A stretch of DNA of 45,251 nt, from contig JABMNB010000062.1 in NCBI GenBank assembly GCA_013205335.1, positions 1-45,251 of the forward strand. The letters are read 5' to 3'. Position numbers and translations under genes: made by a program. Origin of the DNA: Rhodospirillales bacterium (GTDB lineage: Bacteria; Pseudomonadota; Alphaproteobacteria; Reyranellales; Reyranellaceae). This document shows positions 1 through 9,488 of this stretch, one piece after another. Numbering within the stretch: position 1 is the stretch's first letter; each line of letters begins with the position of its first letter. A model generated the notes under the pieces. It saw only the letters and a list, made by a program, of their open reading frames with translations, was not told the DNA's origin and searched no databases.

Positions 1-692
1 GCGACGAAGCCCTGGTTCCAGGTCTTCCGCGCGCGCTCGATTTCGGCTTCCCGGCCCCCGCCGCCGGCCTCGGCCTCTTTCAGGATGCGGGCATAGGTGT
101 TGCCCAGCGTGACGTTGCGGAACAGCGACGCGGGCCTCGGGACATTGCCACCCGGCAGGAACACCGCGGCGGATGTCTTCCAATGGGTGCGGAACTGCTC
201 GGCGACCGTGGCGATGGTCGCGGTCGCGCGCTCGACGATGGCGTGGCCGTTCAGCCAATACCCTACGGCGGGCGACAGCACGTCGGTGAGGCGCATCGTG
301 CCGTAGTCGCGCAGGATCAGCATGTAGGCGTCGAAGGTGCCCGGGATGCAGGCCGGGAGAAGTCCGGTTCCGGGAATCAGGTCGAGCCCGAGGCCTTTGT
401 AGTGGGCGATGGTCGCGCCGGCCGGCATCGGCCCCTGGCCGCATACGACCTCGGTCTTGCCCCGGCGGACGTCGTGCAAAATCAGCGGCGCGTCGCCGCC
501 GGGGCCGCAGAGATGCGGCTCGACGACCTGCAGGGTGAAGGCGGTGGCCACGGCCGCGTCGAATGCGTTGCCGCCCCGGTCGAGGATGCCCATACCGACC
601 GCGGTCGCGATCCAGTGGGTGGAGGTGACGACACCGAACGTGCCGACGATCTCCGGGCGCGTGGTGAAGGGATTGGGATTGATCAGCCTCAC
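1..692 (-). CDS. ggt: Gamma-glutamyltransferase family protein (3' part runs off the window)
   Basis: Not in the ORF track because there is no stop in the window. Manual translation from GTG 692 (SD GAGGAG upstream) gives MRLINPNPFTTRPEIVGTFGVVTSTHW...GGNAFDAAVATAFTLQVVEPHLCGPGGD, the GGT N-terminal signature. Confidence 0.85.
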   Translation of the reverse strand, partial: MRLINPNPFTTRPEIVGTFGVVTSTHWIATAVGMGILDRGGNAFDAAVATAFTLQVVEPHLCGPGGDAPLILHDVRRGKTEVVCGQGPMPAGATIAHYKGLGLDLIPGTGLLPACIPGTFDAYMLILRDYGTMRLTDVLSPAVGYWLNGHAIVERATATIATVAEQFRTHWKTSAAVFLPGGNVPRPASLFRNVTLGNTYARILKEAEAGGGGREAEIERARKTWNQGFV

Positions 693-749
693 GGAAGTCT
701 CCTCGCGCGAACGGCGCAGAGAGACCTTAAGGCGGGTGGGCTCTTGCCG

Positions 750-1628
750 CTAGAGGGCCGGGGTTTCGGGCAGCCGCATCCAGGGCGGGATTTCGGGCAC
801 GATGCGCGCGTCGCCAGCCATCAGCGCGGCGCCGCTGCCGCGAGCGGCGTCGAGCCGCAACATCGCCAGTGCGCGATCGCCCGTGCCGGAGCGCAGCTCG
901 CCCACTTCCTGGCCGTCCTGAAGAACCGCGGTTCCGGGTTCGGGCAGGGTGCCCTCGACCTTCACGGGAAAGAGGCGCTTCCTGATCAGGGCGCGGTATT
1001 TGGTGCGGGCCGTCAGCTCCTGGCCCATGTAGCAGCCCTTCTTCCAGTCGACACCGTTCAGTTCGTCGAACCCGTTCTCCAGCAGCAGCGCTTTCTCGAC
1101 CTGGAGATCGCGGCTGCCGTCGGGGACGCCGAGCGGCAGGCGCAGCGCATCGTAGGCGGCGAGCGGTGCTTCAGCGAAGCCGCGAGCCGCGAGGAGCGTG
1201 GCCGCCCGTCCCGCCGGAGCCACCACACGGACACCGAGCGTGTCGAGGCGAGGATCGACGAACGACACCGCGCCCTCGATATCGAGGGCCTTCGAGGCGT
1301 CGCCGCCGAATGCGGCCGCGACTTCGAGCATGCCTCCCAGATCCTCGACGGTGACCTTGGAACGCAGCGTGTACATCTTGAGCTTCTTCGCGAGGGCCGG
1401 CGCCCGCTCGCGGTCGGTCTCCAGGAAGAAGGTGTCGTTGCCCGCGTCGGCCACGAACATGTCGTTGAGGAAGCGTCCCTGTGGCGTCAGCAGTGCAGCC
1501 CAGACGGCGCAGTCCGGCGCTACTTTCCTCGTATCGTTGGAGATCAGGCCCTGCAGGAATTCCACGCGGTCGGAGCCCGCGACGGAGAGGACGCTGCGAT
1601 GTGGCAGAAGGCTGAAATGGGACGACAT
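750..1628 (-). CDS. ygfZ: Folate-binding Fe-S cluster repair protein YgfZ (GcvT-like)
   Basis: KGCYMGQELTAR signature and N-terminal DRVEFLQGLISND / LLTPQGR. Start trimmed to ATG 1628. Confidence 0.93.
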   Translation of the reverse strand: MSSHFSLLPHRSVLSVAGSDRVEFLQGLISNDTRKVAPDCAVWAALLTPQGRFLNDMFVADAGNDTFFLETDRERAPALAKKLKMYTLRSKVTVEDLGGMLEVAAAFGGDASKALDIEGAVSFVDPRLDTLGVRVVAPAGRAATLLAARGFAEAPLAAYDALRLPLGVPDGSRDLQVEKALLLENGFDELNGVDWKKGCYMGQELTARTKYRALIRKRLFPVKVEGTLPEPGTAVLQDGQEVGELRSGTGDRALAMLRLDAARGSGAALMAGDARIVPEIPPWMRLPETPAL

Positions 1629-1717
1629 GCAGAAGTAGAGTTGGGGGCGGCCCTGCTGGTTGGCAAGCGCCTGATGGCCACAGACGTGATGTGGATAATG
1701 CCCCGCCGGCGAGAAGT

Positions 1718-2749
1718 TCAACGAGACGCTTGCTTCCCCTGTCGAACGTCGCAGGGAACCGACAGTCCAGTCGTTGCGGCACGATGGGGCGGCCAAGCGA
1801 AAAGGCTGCAATCCACTCCCATGTCGCTCAGGCGGGCGATCGCCTCGTCGCGAAGGGAGGCGTCCGTGAGCAGATCCCGTTCGGCATCATCTGACGGGCG
1901 CATGTGGCTGCTTTCGCCATTGCGGGTGCCGTCGAGCGAGCTGCCGAGCTTGCCTTCGATGGCGCGCATATGTTCCTTCCGCACAAGTCTCACCGCCGCA
2001 CGCAACATCGGCCACTCTCGGCGGGTGCCGGAGAAATGATCGAGCAGGTGCGTCGCCGTTTCGACCGGGCGGTCGATCAGATTTTCATAGGGAATCAGTT
2101 TCACCAGGTCTGGATACCGCGCAGCCTGGAGCTGATAGGAGATGAACTGGCGGGCATAGGAGATCAACGCCGCGTCGAACAGATATTCGCGGAAAGACAT
2201 CTCGGCGATCGCGCGACCGCGAAACAGGCGGTACGTGGGATTTATGTGCGCCTGACAATAGCGGAAATACGAGAAAGCCTGGTCGATCGGGTTGCGATAG
2301 ACCAAGGCGATCGGCGCGCCGCGGCCCTTGCGTGCAGCGCGTTCCATCGCGGGCACTTTGACGGGCGCATAGTCGTAGCTCGCCAGATCCACCGGCGTGT
2401 GCCGATAGCTCTTCTCTTCGTGGAGACAGTCATAGCCAGGCACGTGGAAAGCGGTGTGCCTCCACCAGTGCCGGGTCGGGATACTGTCCTGGAACCCCGG
2501 GCATACCGTATGACCGATGAACATGTGCTCGGTCGGGAGGGTCCCGGCCACGCGAAACAGCTGGCCGCCCCTGAACCGTTTGAAGTCGAAGGCGGCGCCC
2601 TGTGGATTGCCGATGATTTCGCCGGTCAACAGGTCGTCGAGGCGGCCGCCCTGTTCGAGATGACAGACGAAGGAGAACAGATACCGCAGGAACCACGTGC
2701 CCGAGCGCGGCACCGTCGAGAGGACCGGGAGTTTGAAATTTGCAAACAT
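1718..2749 (-). CDS. Sulfotransferase-domain protein
   Basis: PAPS-binding loop PRSGTW near the N-terminus, second motif YRNPIDQAFS, and the LIPYENL segment. Start taken at ATG 2749. Confidence 0.75.
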   Translation of the reverse strand: MFANFKLPVLSTVPRSGTWFLRYLFSFVCHLEQGGRLDDLLTGEIIGNPQGAAFDFKRFRGGQLFRVAGTLPTEHMFIGHTVCPGFQDSIPTRHWWRHTAFHVPGYDCLHEEKSYRHTPVDLASYDYAPVKVPAMERAARKGRGAPIALVYRNPIDQAFSYFRYCQAHINPTYRLFRGRAIAEMSFREYLFDAALISYARQFISYQLQAARYPDLVKLIPYENLIDRPVETATHLLDHFSGTRREWPMLRAAVRLVRKEHMRAIEGKLGSSLDGTRNGESSHMRPSDDAERDLLTDASLRDEAIARLSDMGVDCSLFAWPPHRAATTGLSVPCDVRQGKQASR

Positions 2750-3086
2750 TGGTAGCTGTACGCAAGAAGCGTCGCTTTTCTCCCCCGTAATCGAATTACA
2801 AGATAACTTTAACAGGTGCCGTATTGCGTGCGCACTTTTTTTCAGGAACCCGCAAAGTTTCGGCCGTGACCCTTGGAAGCCGTCAGCTTGGCCATTTCGT
2901 AGACATTGCGGGATATACCGCCTGGCAAACATCCATCTAACGGGGATTTGCTCCTGTCCGGGCGGGTGCCGCCGGACATCGGCGGCTGGATGCGGTGGCG
3001 CAGGTCGCGAAACAGAACCGTCGCCCAGGCTGTTTGACCGGCTGTCGCCTTGCTACAGAGAGGTCGCCAAACGTCAAGGAGTTCCC

Positions 3087-4079
3087 ATGGCCTTCCGTGC
3101 GCTTGTCTTGAACCAGGGTGCCGACCGCAAGGTGAGCGGCGCCGTCGAAACACTGCCCGGTGACAAGCTGCCGGCGGGCGATGTCGTCGTCGCGATCGAC
3201 TACTCGACCCTGAACTACAAGGACGGTCTCGTGCTCACGACGGGCGGCGGACTGGTCAAGACCTGGCCCCATGTCGGAGGCATCGACTTTGCAGGCACGG
3301 TCGAGACATCCGAAAGCGGGGCATTCAAGCCGGGCGACAAGGTCGTGCTGAACGGCTATCGCGTCGGAGAATTGCATTGGGGCGGCTACGCCACCAAGGC
3401 GCGGGTAAAGGGTGACTGGCTGGTCAAGTTGCCCGTTTCCATCTCGACCAAGCATGCGATGGCGATCGGCACGGCGGGCTACACGTCGATGCTCTGCGTG
3501 ATCGCGCTCGAAAAGCACGGCATCACGCCGGCCAAAGGTGAGATTTTGGTCACCGGAGCGGCTGGCGGAGTCGGCTCGGTCGCCGTGGCAATTCTGGCGA
3601 AGCTGGGCTTTGCGGTGGTCGCCGCGACCGGGCGGCCTCAGGAAGGCGAGTACCTCAAGTCACTCGGTGCCGCGACGATCATGGACCGCAAGGAACTCAC
3701 GGAGGCGCCGGATAGGCCGCTGCTCGGCGAGCGCTTCGCGGGGGTCGTCGACACAGTCTCTGGCGTGATGTTTGCTAGGGCGTTGGCACAGGTGAGGTAC
3801 GGCGGCGCGGCGGCGGTTTGCGGCCTGGCGGCGGGACCTTCGTTCCCGGGCTCGATCCTGCCCTTCATCCTGCGCGGCGTGTCTGTTTACGGCATCGACT
3901 CGGTGATGCTGCCGAAGGCTCCGCGCGAGGAGGCGTGGCGTCGCCTCGGAAGTGATCTGCCGTTCGACAAGCTCGACAGCACGGTCAGCGAGGCGGGGTT
4001 GGGAGATCTGATGGCCCTGGCCCCAAAAATCCTCAAGGGAGAAATACGTGGTCGCGTGGTGGTCGACGTGAACAAGTGA
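3087..4079 (+). CDS. acuI: MDR-family oxidoreductase, acrylyl-CoA reductase AcuI/YhdH type
   Basis: Motifs YSTLNYKDGL, AMAIGTAGYT, VTGAAGGVGS, PFILRGV, GIDSV and C-terminal GRVVVDV. SD AAGGAG precedes ATG 3087. Confidence 0.85.
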   Translation: MAFRALVLNQGADRKVSGAVETLPGDKLPAGDVVVAIDYSTLNYKDGLVLTTGGGLVKTWPHVGGIDFAGTVETSESGAFKPGDKVVLNGYRVGELHWGGYATKARVKGDWLVKLPVSISTKHAMAIGTAGYTSMLCVIALEKHGITPAKGEILVTGAAGGVGSVAVAILAKLGFAVVAATGRPQEGEYLKSLGAATIMDRKELTEAPDRPLLGERFAGVVDTVSGVMFARALAQVRYGGAAAVCGLAAGPSFPGSILPFILRGVSVYGIDSVMLPKAPREEAWRRLGSDLPFDKLDSTVSEAGLGDLMALAPKILKGEIRGRVVVDVNK

Positions 4080-4118
4080 TAGCGTAACCCGAAGTTCTTA
4101 TTACCTGAAGGTCCGCCC

Positions 4119-5444
4119 ATGTCGCCGTCGAACACCGCGCCTGCCGCCAACAATCTCGAAGCGTTCTTCATGCCGTTCACCGCGAACCGGCAGTTCAAGA
4201 AGAATCCGCGCATGCTGGCCAAGGCGAAAGGTGTTCACTACTGGACGCCGGAGGGCCGCAAGATCATCGACGGCACCGCCGGCCTGTGGTGCGTCAATGC
4301 CGGCCACGGCCGCGAGGAGATCAAGGCGGCGATCGCCAAGCAACTCGACGAGATGGACTACGCGCCGTCGTTCCAGATGGGACATCCCAAGGCGTTCGAG
4401 TTGGCGGCGCGGCACGCGGCGCTTCTGCCGGGCGATCTCAATCACGCATTCTACTGCAATTCCGGCTCCGAGGCGGTCGACAGCGCACTCAAGATCGCAC
4501 TGGCCTATCACCGCGCCAACGGGCAGGGCACGCGGACCCGCTTCGTCGGGCGCGAGCGCGGCTATCACGGGGTCGGCTTCGGCGGTATTTCCGTCGGTGG
4601 CATGGTCAACAACCGCAAATGGTTCGGCGCGATGCTGCCGGGCGTCGACCATCTCCCGCATACCCACCTGCCACAGAACGCCTTCTCCAAGGGCCAGCCG
4701 GAGCATGGCGCGGAACTCGCGGACGCGCTGGAAGGTATCGTCAACCTGCACGACGCCTCGAACATCGCCGCCGTCATCGTCGAGCCCTGCGCCGGCTCGA
4801 CCGGTTACCTGCCGCCGCCCAAAGGCTATCTCGAGCGCCTGCGGAAGATCTGCGACAAGCACGGAATCCTTCTGATCTTCGACGAGGTCATCACGGGCTT
4901 CGGCCGTCTCGGCACGTCGTTCGCGGCCGAGAAGTTCGGCGTGATCCCCGATCTGATGACGGTCGCCAAGGGCATCTCGAACGCCACGGTGCCGATGGGG
5001 GGCGTGTTCGTGCGCAAGAACGTGTTCGACGGGCTGATGAACGGTCCGGAGAACGCCATCGACCTGTTCCACGGCTATACCTACTCGGCCCACCCCCTGG
5101 CCTGTGCCGCGGCGTCTGCGGTTCTCGACATCTATCGCGACGAAAACCTGTTCGAGCGGTCGGCCGAACTCTCGCCCTATTGGGAAGAGGGCGTGCATTC
5201 GCTGAAGGGCCTGCCGAACGTCGTCGACATCCGCAATCTCGGTCTTGCCGCCGGCATCGACCTGGCGCCGAGCGGTCCGGTCGGGACGCGCGGTTACGCG
5301 GCCTTCACCAAGGCCTTCGATCTCGGCCTGATGGTGCGCCAATCGGGCGACGCCATCGCCATGTCGCCGCCGCTGGTCATCGAAAAGGCCCAGATCGACG
5401 AGATCATCGACATCACCGCGCAGACCATCAAGGCGGTGGCCTAA
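4119..5444 (+). CDS. Class III aminotransferase, omega-amino acid (beta-alanine):pyruvate transaminase type
   Basis: Motifs MPFTANRQF, DGTAGLWC, NSGSEAVD, FDEVITGFGR, the PLP lysine in TVAKG, and HGYTYSAHP. Confidence 0.9.
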   Translation: MSPSNTAPAANNLEAFFMPFTANRQFKKNPRMLAKAKGVHYWTPEGRKIIDGTAGLWCVNAGHGREEIKAAIAKQLDEMDYAPSFQMGHPKAFELAARHAALLPGDLNHAFYCNSGSEAVDSALKIALAYHRANGQGTRTRFVGRERGYHGVGFGGISVGGMVNNRKWFGAMLPGVDHLPHTHLPQNAFSKGQPEHGAELADALEGIVNLHDASNIAAVIVEPCAGSTGYLPPPKGYLERLRKICDKHGILLIFDEVITGFGRLGTSFAAEKFGVIPDLMTVAKGISNATVPMGGVFVRKNVFDGLMNGPENAIDLFHGYTYSAHPLACAAASAVLDIYRDENLFERSAELSPYWEEGVHSLKGLPNVVDIRNLGLAAGIDLAPSGPVGTRGYAAFTKAFDLGLMVRQSGDAIAMSPPLVIEKAQIDEIIDITAQTIKAVA

Positions 5445-5537
5445 GGCCAAGCGCGCTATGCGCATGGCCTTCGACACGGGTCGTCGCTAAAACCTGTTCT
5501 CGACCAGCCGCGATGCAACGGGCGGGGAACTGGCAAC

Positions 5538-6950
5538 GTGACTCTCGATGACAATCTGACGGCGTTGGTGGGCGCGGTCGCTGCGGTGGCCCACTTCGCC
5601 ATCGCGGGCGCCGTCACCGTCCATGTGCTGCTCTACAAGCGCAGCGTTGGCGCCGCGGTGTCATGGATCGGCATCGCCTGGCTCTCGCCGTTCTTGGGCG
5701 GGCTGCTCTACGCGATCATAGGCATCAACCGCGTGAAGCGGCGTGCCCAGAGGCTGAAACGCCAACGCCTGCCGCTCGCCGTCGCCGACCCTGATGCCAC
5801 CGGGGCGACGGACCCACTGACGCCCCTCGAGTATGCGATCGGGCGATTGACGGGCCTGCCGTCGAAGCCCGGCAACCTCGTCGAAATGCTGCATAGCGGG
5901 GACGAGGCCTACCCGAGGATGCTCGAGGAAATCGGCAAGGCGCAGAAGAGCGTCGGGCTCTGCAGCTACATCTTCCGCGCCGATTCGGCTGGCGAGAAAT
6001 TCCATCAGGCCCTGATCCAGGCTCAGCGGCGCGGCGTGAAGGTGCGCGTGCTGATCGACGGCGTCGGCGGCGGCTATTTCTGGTCGGGCACTTACGATTA
6101 TCTGCGCAAGGCCGGCGTCCCGGTCGCGCGGTTCCTGCACTCGTATTTCCCCTGGCGCACGCCGTTCGTGAACCTGCGCAATCATCGCAAGCTGCTGGTG
6201 ATCGATGGCCGCTTGGCCTTTACCGGTGGGTTGAACATCGGGGCGGAAAACGTCGTGGCCGAGAACCCGGCCCATCCCGTGCGAGACACGCATTTCCGCA
6301 TCGAAGGTCCGGTCGTCGAGCAGCTCACGGATGCTTTCGCCGACGACTGGCTGTTCACGACGGGCGAGCAACTCGACGCCGACGACTGGTTTCCGGCCCT
6401 CGAGCCGGTGGGAACGGTTTCGGCGCGCGTCGTGCCCTCGGGGCCCGACGAGGACCTGGAGCAGATCGAGTTCGCGACCTTGCACGCCATCTCCTGCGCT
6501 CGCGAATCGATCCGTGTGGTGACGCCATACTTCCTGCCGGGCGAGACGCTCACCATGGCGCTGGGCCTGGCGGCCATGCGCGGTATCCGGGTAGATATCC
6601 TCCTGCCGGAGAATTCCAATCATGCGATCCTCGACTGGGCACGGCGGGTGCCGCTCAAGCCGCTGATCCAGGTGGGCTGCCGGGTCTGGCTGCTGCCGGC
6701 GCCGTTCGATCATTCCAAGCTCATGACGATCGACGATTCCTGGTCGTTCATCGGCAGCGCCAACTGGGACACCCGCAGCTTCCGCCTGAACTTCGAGCTG
6801 AACGTCGAATTGCACGACGCGGCCTTCGCGCGACAGATCGTCAAGGCGACGACGCCGGAGCGCCTCCTGACGCTCGCCGAGATCGACGGCGACCCTCTGC
6901 CGATCCGCCTGCGCAACAGTGCGGCGCGGCTGCTGCAGCCCTACCTGTAG
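5538..6950 (+). CDS. cls: Cardiolipin synthase (phospholipase D family)
   Basis: Two HKD motifs (NHRKLLVIDG and DHSKLMTIDD), two N-terminal TM helices, and GSANWDTRSFRLNFE. Confidence 0.88.
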   Translation: MTLDDNLTALVGAVAAVAHFAIAGAVTVHVLLYKRSVGAAVSWIGIAWLSPFLGGLLYAIIGINRVKRRAQRLKRQRLPLAVADPDATGATDPLTPLEYAIGRLTGLPSKPGNLVEMLHSGDEAYPRMLEEIGKAQKSVGLCSYIFRADSAGEKFHQALIQAQRRGVKVRVLIDGVGGGYFWSGTYDYLRKAGVPVARFLHSYFPWRTPFVNLRNHRKLLVIDGRLAFTGGLNIGAENVVAENPAHPVRDTHFRIEGPVVEQLTDAFADDWLFTTGEQLDADDWFPALEPVGTVSARVVPSGPDEDLEQIEFATLHAISCARESIRVVTPYFLPGETLTMALGLAAMRGIRVDILLPENSNHAILDWARRVPLKPLIQVGCRVWLLPAPFDHSKLMTIDDSWSFIGSANWDTRSFRLNFELNVELHDAAFARQIVKATTPERLLTLAEIDGDPLPIRLRNSAARLLQPYL

Positions 6951-7612
6951 AAGCGGCGCAGCCGGTCCTTGCGGACGAGCGAGGGGGCCGTCGCGGTCTG
7001 GCTGCTGTCGGCGGCGCGCAGTTCGAGCCGGATCGGCCGATGGTCGGAGGGCCCGAAATCCAGCGCATCGGCCGTCGTGCACACGAGCCTGTGGGCGAGG
7101 CAGCGATCGAGCCGGACCGGCATGACGTTGCCCGAGAGGTGGGTGGGCTCGCGCGGACCGACGTCGGTGAAACCGGGGAGAATTACCGGACCGACGGCAT
7201 TGTAGTCGCCGATGATGGCCGAGGGCCTGCCCTGCAGCGCGACGGCGATGCGCGCGAGCTGGCGGCGGTTGAGCAGCTGGCCGTGCGAGAGGTGGACGTT
7301 GGCGAAGGTGATGTCGCCCATCTGGATGATCTGTGCGCGTCGGCGCGGCAGCCGTCCGGGAAGTCGCGACGCCGGCAGCGACAGCGCCACGGGACGAGGA
7401 AAGTGCGTCGGACTCCAGACGGCCAGCCCGTGTATCCGCCCCAGCCAGGACAGCCGATAGAAATGGCCGCCGACCAGGTTGGGCAGGGCCTCGATATGCT
7501 GCGTCGCCTCCTGCATGAGGAGCACGTCGGGCTTCTGGATGTTGATCAGCGTCGCCACGTCCTCGACGGCTGCGCCGGTGAGGCGCAGCAGGTTCCAGCT
7601 CACGACTTTCAC
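6941..7612 (-). CDS. Endonuclease/exonuclease/phosphatase (EEP) family protein
   Basis: Motifs VVSWNL, DVLLMQE, NVHLS, IIGDYN, RLDR and SDHRP. The GTG start overlaps the upstream TGA (GTGA at 7609-7612). Confidence 0.88.
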   Translation of the reverse strand: MKVVSWNLLRLTGAAVEDVATLINIQKPDVLLMQEATQHIEALPNLVGGHFYRLSWLGRIHGLAVWSPTHFPRPVALSLPASRLPGRLPRRRAQIIQMGDITFANVHLSHGQLLNRRQLARIAVALQGRPSAIIGDYNAVGPVILPGFTDVGPREPTHLSGNVMPVRLDRCLAHRLVCTTADALDFGPSDHRPIRLELRAADSSQTATAPSLVRKDRLRRFYR

Positions 7613-9411
7613 GGCTTCGCCACCTTGTCGCGACGGGCGCGGCGGATCTGGTCGGTCATCGACGCCGTGGCGCCGGCGGCGGCCTGCAGCTCGCTCCTCA
7701 CCAGCTCTCGCCGCTCGTGGATCGAGGCGATGACCAGACCCATGGGCACGCCGAGGCCGACCAAGGCCGATTCGGCCAGCTGAAGGCTCGCCTCGATCGT
7801 CTCCGGCACGGTGTCGGTGACGGCTAGCGTATAGAGATGGCGGGCGTGCAGGGCATCGTGGGCGCGGGCGACGATCATCACGTCGGATCGCCGCGCCCGC
7901 ACGGCGCGCACCACGTCGTCGACTGCCGCGGTATCGATGGTGACGATCACAGCCGTCGCCTCGTCGATGCCGCAGCGTTGCAGGAACAGCGCGTTGGAGG
8001 CATCGCCGAAATAGATTGCGCGGCCCAGCTTGCGCCAACGCTCGACGCGGGCGGCGTCACGGTCGGCCACAATGTAGGAAATCTCGTGCTTGTCGAGCAT
8101 GTCGCAGACGAGCTGGCCCACCCTTCCGTGACCGACGACGATCACCCGCTTGGCATGATCGGACGGTGGTAGCTGGGTCGCCGGTGCGTCGCCCGTCACC
8201 TGCCTGGCCACGCGCTGGGCCGCGCGGCTCGCCAACAGCGACACGAAGGGCAGTGCGCCCATGGTCAGCGACACCACCGCGAGAACGCCGGCGGCGATGC
8301 CGGAATCGACCAGACCGAACTGCACGGCGAGCCCGATGCCGATGAAGGCGAACTCGCCGCCCGGGGCCAGCAGCAGGCTGGTCTCGACACTGGCCGCCCA
8401 CGGCACGCCGAACAGGCGGCAGAGGGGGACGAGCAGGGCCGTCTTGGCCACCATTATGGCAATGAAACCGCCGATCACGAGGACGGGTTCCCGCCAGATG
8501 AAGCTCAGGTCGATGTGCATGCCGACCGAAAAGAAGAAGACGCCGAGCAGGAGTCCCCGGAAGGGGTCGATCATCGCCTCGACGGCGCGGCGGTACTCCG
8601 TCTCGGCCAGCAGCAGTCCGGCGATGAAGGCGCCGAGCGCCATGGACAGGCCGGCAAAAGCCGCGATCACGCCAGATCCGACGGCGATCAGCAGGGTCGC
8701 CGCCATGAAGAATTCCGGATTGTCGGTGCTGGCGGCGAGCCGGAACAGCGGTTTCAGAACCACCCTGCCGACCAGCGCGATCACCGCGACGGCGACGATC
8801 GCCTCGACGACCGCGACGATGACGCCCTGGACTACCGAACCTTCCGAATGGCCCCCGAGCGCGCTGATCAGGAACAGCAGCGGGACCACTGCCAGATCCT
8901 GCGCGAGCAGGATGGCGAAGCTGGTGCGGCCGGTGGTCGACATCATGCGGCGCTGGCCGGACAGCAACTCCATGACGATCGCCGTCGAGGACAGCGCCAG
9001 ACAGGTGCCGATGATGAGCGCGGCGGCGGCGGGCTGGCCGAGCCAGAACGCAGCCAGGCTGATGGCCAGGGCCGAGAGGACGACCTGCAGGCCGCCCAGT
9101 CCGAAGACCAGGCGGCGCATGGTGATCATGCGTCGCATCGAGAGTTCGAGGCCGATGAAGAACAGCAGGAAGACGATGCCGAGATCGGCGATGAAGGCGA
9201 TCTGCCTCTCGCCCGTGACGGTCAGCCAGTCGATGGCACGCGAATAGTCGGCCAGTTGGCCGAGCCCGTGGGGTCCCAGCGCGGCACCAACCACCAGGAA
9301 GCCGAGAACCGGGCTGATCTTGAGGCGATGTACGACCGGCGCCACGACGGCCGCCGTTCCCAGGACGATGAGAGCGTCCTTGAACACATAGATGTCGCTC
9401 GGTCCTGCCAT
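7609..9411 (-). CDS. CPA2/Kef-type monovalent cation:proton antiporter with C-terminal TrkA-N domain
   Basis: Many TM segments with LSSTAIV, ILLAQD, GAFIAG and GGEFAF. C-terminal Rossmann-like VIVVGHGRVG and YFGDAS. Confidence 0.9.
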   Translation of the reverse strand: MAGPSDIYVFKDALIVLGTAAVVAPVVHRLKISPVLGFLVVGAALGPHGLGQLADYSRAIDWLTVTGERQIAFIADLGIVFLLFFIGLELSMRRMITMRRLVFGLGGLQVVLSALAISLAAFWLGQPAAAALIIGTCLALSSTAIVMELLSGQRRMMSTTGRTSFAILLAQDLAVVPLLFLISALGGHSEGSVVQGVIVAVVEAIVAVAVIALVGRVVLKPLFRLAASTDNPEFFMAATLLIAVGSGVIAAFAGLSMALGAFIAGLLLAETEYRRAVEAMIDPFRGLLLGVFFFSVGMHIDLSFIWREPVLVIGGFIAIMVAKTALLVPLCRLFGVPWAASVETSLLLAPGGEFAFIGIGLAVQFGLVDSGIAAGVLAVVSLTMGALPFVSLLASRAAQRVARQVTGDAPATQLPPSDHAKRVIVVGHGRVGQLVCDMLDKHEISYIVADRDAARVERWRKLGRAIYFGDASNALFLQRCGIDEATAVIVTIDTAAVDDVVRAVRARRSDVMIVARAHDALHARHLYTLAVTDTVPETIEASLQLAESALVGLGVPMGLVIASIHERRELVRSELQAAAGATASMTDQIRRARRDKVAKP

Positions 9412-9488
9412 ATGCCGCAAACATAGACTGAGCGAGGCGATCTGTGCACACTTTCGTCGTCAGACAACGAAATCGGGACGGAAACGAC

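Noticed and set aside
1639-1667. RpoH-like promoter (CTTG-N18-CCCAACT) before ygfZ
   Set aside because: Plausible, but too degenerate to support from sequence alone.
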